From Botryllus schlosseri (taxonomy: Eukaryota), in contig CM119372.1 of NCBI GenBank assembly GCA_051294905.1, forward strand, positions 26,972,001-27,036,000: 64,000 nucleotides of DNA, given 5' to 3'. The notes under the pieces are model-generated. The model searched no databases and was not told the origin of the DNA. It saw nothing but the letters and a program-made list of their open reading frames with translations. The translations under genes were made by a program, and so were the position numbers. This document shows positions 57,236 to 64,000 of the stretch, piece after piece (position 1 is the stretch's first letter; each line of letters opens with the position of its first letter).

Positions 57236-57889
57236 ATTTATTATCATATTGGCAATAACATGTCAACTCAAAACTTGAGTCGATCTGGGAGATGTTGTTA
57301 ACAGAATAGGACTTCAGCAATTTGAAATAATTATCAATGATAAGCAAGTTACTTTTTCGAAGTGTGTGTCAAAGCAGAGCTGTGGAAGTTCACTGACTAC
57401 AGAAATCAAATCATAATAAATCAATTGGCTGATTTTTAAATTCTCTCACTACCAATATTCTCTCCCACATTCATGTAAATCTACTTACTATATACACCTT
57501 ATGTATGGTTCACAGGAATTAAGAAACCGTACAGAATACGCATTCGTCCGCATCATGGGATGCAAATTATTGATATGGAAATGCGATGCTAATCCTTCGT
57601 TTACTTGAACACTCCATTTTCAAATGTATGATGGCATGGCACCCCAGCCCATAGCTTAGTCGAAGAGCAATACGGAGAAGTTGTAGCGGATCGTATACGT
57701 TATTAAAATATGGCGGATTATAAAACGTAAATAAGCCATACAGTGAAGGAAAATGGAGACATTACTTCACTTGCTTTTATACTTTAACCAGTGTTGGGAT
57801 CAAGTCACTACCTCCGAGTCACGAATTATTGCTCATTTCGAGTCAAGTCACGATTCAGGTCAAATTGAATTTTAAAAGTATGAGTGATG

Positions 57890-58023
57890 TGTAGATAGTA
57901 ATTGTATTCACAGAATTAGTACAGGCAAACTTAGTCCGACATACCACCGCCGCCGCTCTCACGTTCTCCCCACACCAGTGCCTCTCGCAGGTCACGGTGC
58001 ACATACAACGCATGCAAACCACA
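57890..58023 (-). repeat. 3' LTR
   Basis: Direct repeat of 61946-62079; the only difference noticed is 3 adjacent bases (AGT vs TAA). Confidence 0.95.
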
Positions 58024-58100
58024 TACCCCCCTGATCTCAAGATCAAAAGCGAACGAAATGAAACAAATCACTAAACAATGCAACAAACTAGAATATAATG

Positions 58101-61100
58101 CTATCCCATATCAAAGTCTGCCAACCAGCCGGGTTGTGCCCTTCTGCGAGATGGTCTTTGTTCTACTTCTGGCATCAATTCTTCACCCAGCGGTTCACCT
58201 TGCGAAGCCATTGTCGATTCACTGGCATTTTCGTCATCAGTTGAAAATAAGTCAATCAGATGTGGCATTCTGCTCTGGCTTCGTTCCTGATCTGGGCCGC
58301 AACCCATTACACGTCTTATATGTGATATGTGACGGTTCGTCCCATTCACTTCAACAACCGAGTCCGATACAATATCGGTCACAGTTCCTTTGCTCCACAC
58401 AGATGTACACCTCGCATTAGGGGGCTTCACAAAGACACTTTCTCCGATGTTGTATGGGTTTAAATGTTTCTTTCTGGAATCGCGGTCTTTTGCTACTCCC
58501 CGCTCTCCATCTGGAAGAGTAGACTCATAACGAAATACCCTCTCAGCTGGTACGACATTCTCAAAGTTTGGGGTATTATTATACCAATACACCATCTCAC
58601 TCACACTACCACCAGTCCTGGCCACCATTCGTTTGATGGTCCTGTGATTTCTTTCAACAATCGAATTTCCGGAATGTTTGTAAGCACAGCTGAATACATG
58701 GCCAATTCCCCAATTCCACAAAAATTGTGACATTTCGTGACTTCTGAAGCAACTACCATTGTCACTCAAAATTTCGTCGACAGCCCCACGCTCCAGCAAC
58801 ACTTGGCTTAGATGCTGGATGACTTGTTCGGTAGATTCGGTTGTTATCCTCCTCCATATCGCAAATCGACTTGGACCACAATCAATCATACTTAAGTAAG
58901 GCTGCCCACCAACGTATGTAATGTCTAATGCCAGCCTACTCCATACTTTATCCACCGACAACTGCCCGTGTTCCCACTTGACTGGATGAGGATCAATTTG
59001 GCGACATATGTTACAATTGTCAACCACCTGTTTAACCGTTTCCCGGCTTACTTCCCGCCCCAAGCAGCGTTCTGCTACATACAATGTTCTATCTGTTCCC
59101 AGGTGATGCTTTTCGTGGATCCTCTTGACACGATCTTCCACCGCTTGACTTTGCGGGGCAACCCCCACACAAACTTTCTGGTACCAAGTACGCGGTACCC
59201 TTGTCAAAGCATCGGCTATGTTTTTTGCAGAGGGGACCAAACGGATATCGACTTTCATATCATATTCTTCAATCAACTGTGCCATCAAACCCAACCTTCT
59301 TCTCACAATCATTTCACTCAAGCCATGCACTCTTGGTCGGTTCAAATCCTCCAAAATTGATCTCACCCAGTTGTAAACACTGGCAGAATCAGTAATAATC
59401 TCGACTTTCCTTACTCTCCATTTTAGCACTAGATTCAGTCCCTTCACCACAGCCTCCAATTCTGCAACATTGATGTGAGCACCATCATCCTGCTTTCTCA
59501 TCCAGGCCGCATCTTCCACTACATGACCATCCACCATCAGACAACACCCAATTCCTAGGTTACTAGCATCACACCAAAGTTGCGCCCTTCCTCCAGCAGG
59601 AGCTGGCCAAATTCCCCCCACCGGATCTTTCTCTTTCACCCTCGCAAGGATTTCGCCAGCTAGTTGTGACACATGATGTGGTACCGTTTCGTCCCACGCC
59701 ACTTCATTAGCAAGGCGCTTTACGTAACTGCAAGCAATCCTCAGCTAGCCGGCCACAGGGTAGTGACCGACAAGTTTACCAAACATAGAAAAGAGCTGCC
59801 TCTTTGACCATACTTCACCAGAGTCCGGCAGGATTCCATCTCTGGCCCATTCATACGAACCCGCAGCTGTCGCAGAGACTCTCAGTCCTAGTACCCGTGC
59901 ATCGTTCAATGGGACAGGCTCCTTTGCTCTCAGCCCATACCGTAATAAGTGCGTCTTCACCGTTTCCACATCCGCGATACTGGCATCAACAAATATATCA
60001 TCGATATAATGATCTGTTCCACGTTTTATCTCTTGACTCTGCGACAACACCACCGACAGGATCTTTGACATTACTTTTGGCGCAACATTGAGGCCAAATC
60101 CCATACGTGTCATGACGTATTTCTTTCCGCCATGCTGCATAATTTGAAATGTGTGCAAGCGCTCTGAAATGTGAATCTGCAGATATGCTTTTTGCAGATC
60201 TAAGATATATGCATGTGTACCTTTCTTCCGCCATTCTCTCAGTTTTTCTTGGCACACCACAACATCGGCACCGGGATGACTCATCACATGACTATTCATC
60301 TCGCGGTAATCCATAACTGGCCGCACCTTTTTTGATTTGTTTGGTTGTTTTACTGCCATCAGAGGGATCAGACCCTTTTGACGTCCATGAACGTCTGGGT
60401 TGTATTCTTCCAACCAACCGTTTTGAATCCATTGATTCACTTCATGATGGAACTCTTCTTGGCACTCAGGGGGAATCGCGTACCCCGGACAACGGTTTGA
60501 CAAGGTTGGTTCTTCATTCGTCCATTTCCACTCTACAACCCACTTTGAACCATCAAAAATAGCGTTAAAATCTTTATCATCAATTACCAGCTTCTCCACT
60601 TCTTCTTCAATCAACTTCTCATCTTCTTCTTCTTCACTCAGCTTCTCATCTTCTTCTTCACTCAACTTCTCAACTTCATCTTCAATCGGCTTCTCAACTT
60701 CTTCTTCGCTCAACTTCACAACTTCTTCTTTAATCGGCTTCTCATCTTCTTCACTCAACTTTTCATTTTCTTCCTGACAACTCACACCGACAGCAGCATA
60801 TGTGGGAAGTGCACCAAACAGTACTCGAAGATCTGGACCAACAAACACCCCATCCATCATCTCGATCACATCCGTCCCCAGAATCATCCTTGCATCACAA
60901 ACCAGACGAGTTGCTATTAAAACTTCCATACAGAGGTCAACTTTGTCAATTTCTAGTTTGACTGTCGCTTCACCATGGCAACGTGTTAATTCACCATTCA
61001 ACATTTCCACAACTAGTTTCGGTCCCTTCACTGGCACGCCCAATTGCTTACACACATCTTCTCGCACCACTGATCTCTGGCAACCACTATCAACGAGAGC

Positions 61101-61211
61101 TTCTACAGATAGTCCAAATATTTTTACAGAAATGATTGGCAGCACCTTTTTCCTCACTGTCGGTGGCTGGGGAACCCATCCGATGCTGACCGTTCCCCAT
61201 TGCCGTTTCCC
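58101..61211 (-). pseudogene. Gypsy pol (protease, RT, RNase H, integrase) with one in-frame TAG at 59745-59747
   Basis: ALVDSG (PR); RPVMDYR, LDLQKAYLQI, MGFGLNVAP, YIDDI (RT); LWCDAS, NVAELEA, ITDS, NIADALTR (RH); H-H-C-C zinc finger, LALDI, LSDNG, VERNHRTIK (IN). ORFs 59745-61157 and 58101-59702 are in the same frame. Confidence 0.93.
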
Positions 61212-61930
61212 TGATTGATTGGCCGTGTAGCACCGTTCTTGCAGAACCGAGCTATATGACCAGGGTTACCACACTCGAAACACTATATTGGCGGCTGTCC
61301 ACGGCCATAGCTACGTCTCCATTTATCTCTATTTGGGCACTCGCGTGCTATATGTCCGTCTTTCCCACAAGCGAAGCACTCAAAAGTCTTCCTTTTATAT
61401 GTGCCAGCCGCACAGAGCATACCAACAGGCACCCTGGTGGACAAGATCATTCTAGCTCGTATCACCAATTCACCAATTTTCAGTTTCTCAATTTCAGCAA
61501 GAGATTTTAGCTGGTATGCCACATCGATCGGAAGCCCCGTCACAAAAGCGCACTTTACTATCGGTTCTGAAGCATCAGGATCCATACCCACAAGAGCAGC
61601 TAGTCTCTGGAGGTCAGCTACGAAAACATCAACACTCTCACCTTCTTGAAGAGTCCTACGCTGAAACTGGCCGTACGCATCGTAACAATTGACGCCAAAC
61701 GCTGCCAAGAGAGCAGCCTTTACTGTATTGTACTCCTTTTTATCCTCATCACTCAATTGTCTATATACTGAGAACGCCGCGGTGCCCAACAGTAGAGGAA
61801 CATATTCTTCTGGCTTGTTACCTCGCAGTTTCACAACAGTCTCAAATTTATCAAGCCACACAGCTACATCGCCCGAAGTAGCGAAGTCCACATACAAAGG
61901 CATAAGGTCCGTTATCCTCACCGTCGACAT
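61153..61930 (-). pseudogene. Gypsy gag with two CCHC knuckles and an in-frame TAG at 61283-61285
   Basis: CFACGKDGHIAREC, then after the TAG the same frame continues CFECGNPGHIARFC...QGNGNG...HRQ*. Confidence 0.88.
61168..61211 (-). promoter_or_regulatory. Programmed -1 ribosomal frameshift signal (gag-pol)
   Basis: Slippery G GGA AAC in the gag frame, 5-nt spacer, 8-bp stem UGGGGAAC/GUUCCCCA; the -1 frame is open into pol. Confidence 0.8.
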
Positions 61931-61945
61931 ACTGCCGCGATAGCT

Positions 61946-62079
61946 TGTAGATAGTAATTGTATTCACAGAATTTAAACAGGCAAACTTAGTCCGACATAC
62001 CACCGCCGCCGCTCTCACGTTCTCCCCACACCAGTGCCTCTCGCAGGTCACGGTGCACATACAACGCATGCAAACCACA
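61946..62079 (-). repeat. 5' LTR
   Basis: Direct repeat of 57890-58023. Confidence 0.95.
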
Positions 62080-62817
62080 TGATGACGGAGAAGTCGTTAC
62101 ATTTTGCCATCTTGGCTGATGACGAAACAGTATATCAGACCGTCAATATATATATATGCAGCATACGTATCGCTCACACGCAAGTAGAACTGGAAGTACG
62201 TATATAGCTACATGCTGTTATTAATTTAGTATCAGCAAAATAGCCGATCAAATACAAAGCCTCGACAAATTGAAACAAATTGCAATGCTCAGTGAATGAC
62301 TGGTTGCCCTCACAAGTGACATAATAGTAGTGTGAACAATCCGTACAACCATCAGATAGGGTCATTTAATTGTTACTTGATGACTTGGAACTCGTAAATT
62401 CGGTCACGAGGCAATTGACATTTCCGAAGTGCCAAGTCCTGCATCCTAACGCTGACTGAACAACTCAAAGTATGATACCGCCGGGAATTTGAAGAGAAAT
62501 GCAAATACTACTTCTAAAAAGCGTTCTTTTAACCAGAAAGTTTCAACGGTGATCCGATAAAACAGATCTAAACCTCAACATAGTAAGAGTCCACTTCTCC
62601 AGAATAGGAAACGCTAAAGGCTGTGCTAGACGATGAGATGAATAATAGATGCGAAATCGTATAGTTTCAAACGTTATGATGGGCCATATTTACTGTGATA
62701 GAATATATCACATGACGACAATGCGGTGTGAACGGAACCACACAACCCGCTACTGAAATTATGTTCACCGAATCAATCCTCAAGAAGAGGAAATTCACCG
62801 AAGCGTCAAAGGCCAGA

Positions 62818-63962
62818 TCACACATGCGGCCGTAAGCTTCTTCTAAGCGGGAGATTTGTGGCAATGTGTTCAGTAAGCGCCCGCCGGACTTCCGATGCAA
62901 TAGGTGGCTGCGGCGAGGGTGACGGCAAATCATGAGCCTGGACCAGATTCGGCATCATTTGAGATGAAATGTAATTGGCACTAGACCACCCACTAATAGG
63001 GGTATGGGATCGTTCGCAAATATTGTGCAGAACACAGCATGTAGCGATGATTTGAGGTGCCAGGTCTATTCTTGCATCCAGTTTCTTCCCAATCATGCGC
63101 CAGCGTTCTTTCAACTTCCCGAAGGCATTTTCAACTACTATGCGGACACTGCTCAGATAGGCATTGAAAGACTCTTCAGCAGGGGCCAAATTTCTCCCGG
63201 TGTAAGGTTTCTGAAGCCATGGTAATAGCGGATAAGCAGGATCTCCAAGAATCAGCAATGGAACCTCCACATTGTTTATTTGCACTGGAGCCTGTCAAAA
63301 TCAACACGTCATATGAAACAGATGAAGATGACAACAAAGCATGATAAATTGATACGTACCCTAGGTAACACATTCATGCTTTCGTAAAGTCGAGAGTTTG
63401 TGAAAATGAAAGCGTCATGACAACTTCCAGGCATGGTGACGTTAATATCCCAGAAACTGTAACAATTACATGTCAATCTGAAATCTCTGAACGGTCGAAT
63501 TTTCAATGAATATACCAGTAATTATCATCAACTACTGCTTGTAACACAATAGACTCTCCTCCTTTTCTATTTTGATAATCACGCTTGCCATTTACTGGAG
63601 CAGTCACTTCTATATGGCTTCCATCAATGCATCCGAAAACCTAGAAAATGGAAAATGTTTTCCCAAAAATGTCGGGATGGAATTATCAATAAGACATCGT
63701 AGGTTCACGTTCGCATTGACATTGAACCTTTTGAAAATGTTCGCGTTCACATGAACCAGACATTTCAGGGGTTCACACCATCCTCAATACACAGTTATAA
63801 TGGTGAGAATATAGAATATTTTTCGTGGGATATTTGAAACGCACAATAGGTACCTGAGGAAAACCATATTTGACTTCAATTCTTCGCGCTATGTCCTTGG
63901 CCTCCTCATCGGATGGCGGGTGTATGAAGTCCGGTAATTTGAGGCATATGGTAGTGCAGAAC
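62818..63962 (-). pseudogene. Intron-containing PIF/Harbinger (HARBI1-like) DDE transposase; 5' part runs out of the window
   Basis: Exons ~63854-63962, 63516-63640, 63360-63456 and 62818-63291 with GT-AG introns give GFPQVFGCIDGSHI, YQNRKG, PGSCHDA, ILGDPAYPL, VENAFGKLKERWR, CCVLHNIC. There is an apparent frameshift after NRKG. Confidence 0.9.
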
Positions 63963-64000
63963 CTAAAATTGATATTGCAAATCATAATTTTCTAGCAATA

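Larger units (their letters stand above)
57890..62079 (-). mobile_element. Full-length compact Ty3/Gypsy LTR retrotransposon (4190 bp)
   Basis: 134-bp TG...CA LTRs; 5-bp TSD TGATG at 57885-57889 and 62080-62084; purine-rich tract GAGATCAGGGGGGTA before the 3' LTR; gag then PR-RT-RH-IN. Confidence 0.96.
57789..62454. mobile_element. MITE (family of 47769-48740) split by the Gypsy insertion
   Basis: Left TIR CAGTGTTGGGATCAAGTCAC, degenerate right TIR ATCCTAACGCTG; internal similarity to 47769-48740 on both sides of the LTR element. Confidence 0.7.

Overview
Eukaryotic, AT-rich and almost entirely transposon-derived window. It is probably from an invertebrate animal (short GT-AG introns, tRNA-SINE, hAT/Harbinger/Gypsy/LINE content), but the species cannot be determined from sequence alone. 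No intact host gene is evident. The dominant feature is a 20.5-kb array of a near-identical Penelope-like retroelement (RT + GIY-YIG, Neptune-like) at 14078-34541. It has ~4.5 head-to-tail 3059-bp units on the minus strand, fused head-to-head at 29402/29404 to ~1.7 units on the plus strand. Four full ORFs are intact, and every inter-ORF spacer carries a minimal hammerhead ribozyme. One 12-bp direct repeat (ACTATTAATTAC) brackets the whole inverted concatemer, which also lies inside two split hAT MITEs. This points to a single insertion primed from both target strands on multimeric or circular RNA. One unit contains a TSD-less, partly duplicated MITE. The rest of the window holds: a decayed hAT transposon with three nested layers, inserted in an RLE-type LINE; an I-clade LINE 3' end; a long-TIR ISL2EU-like element; an intron-containing two-gene Harbinger element; a compact 4.19-kb Gypsy element with a GGGAAAC -1 frameshift signal; and many MITEs/SINEs with readable TSDs. 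All calls come from manual reading; no alignments or database searches were run.
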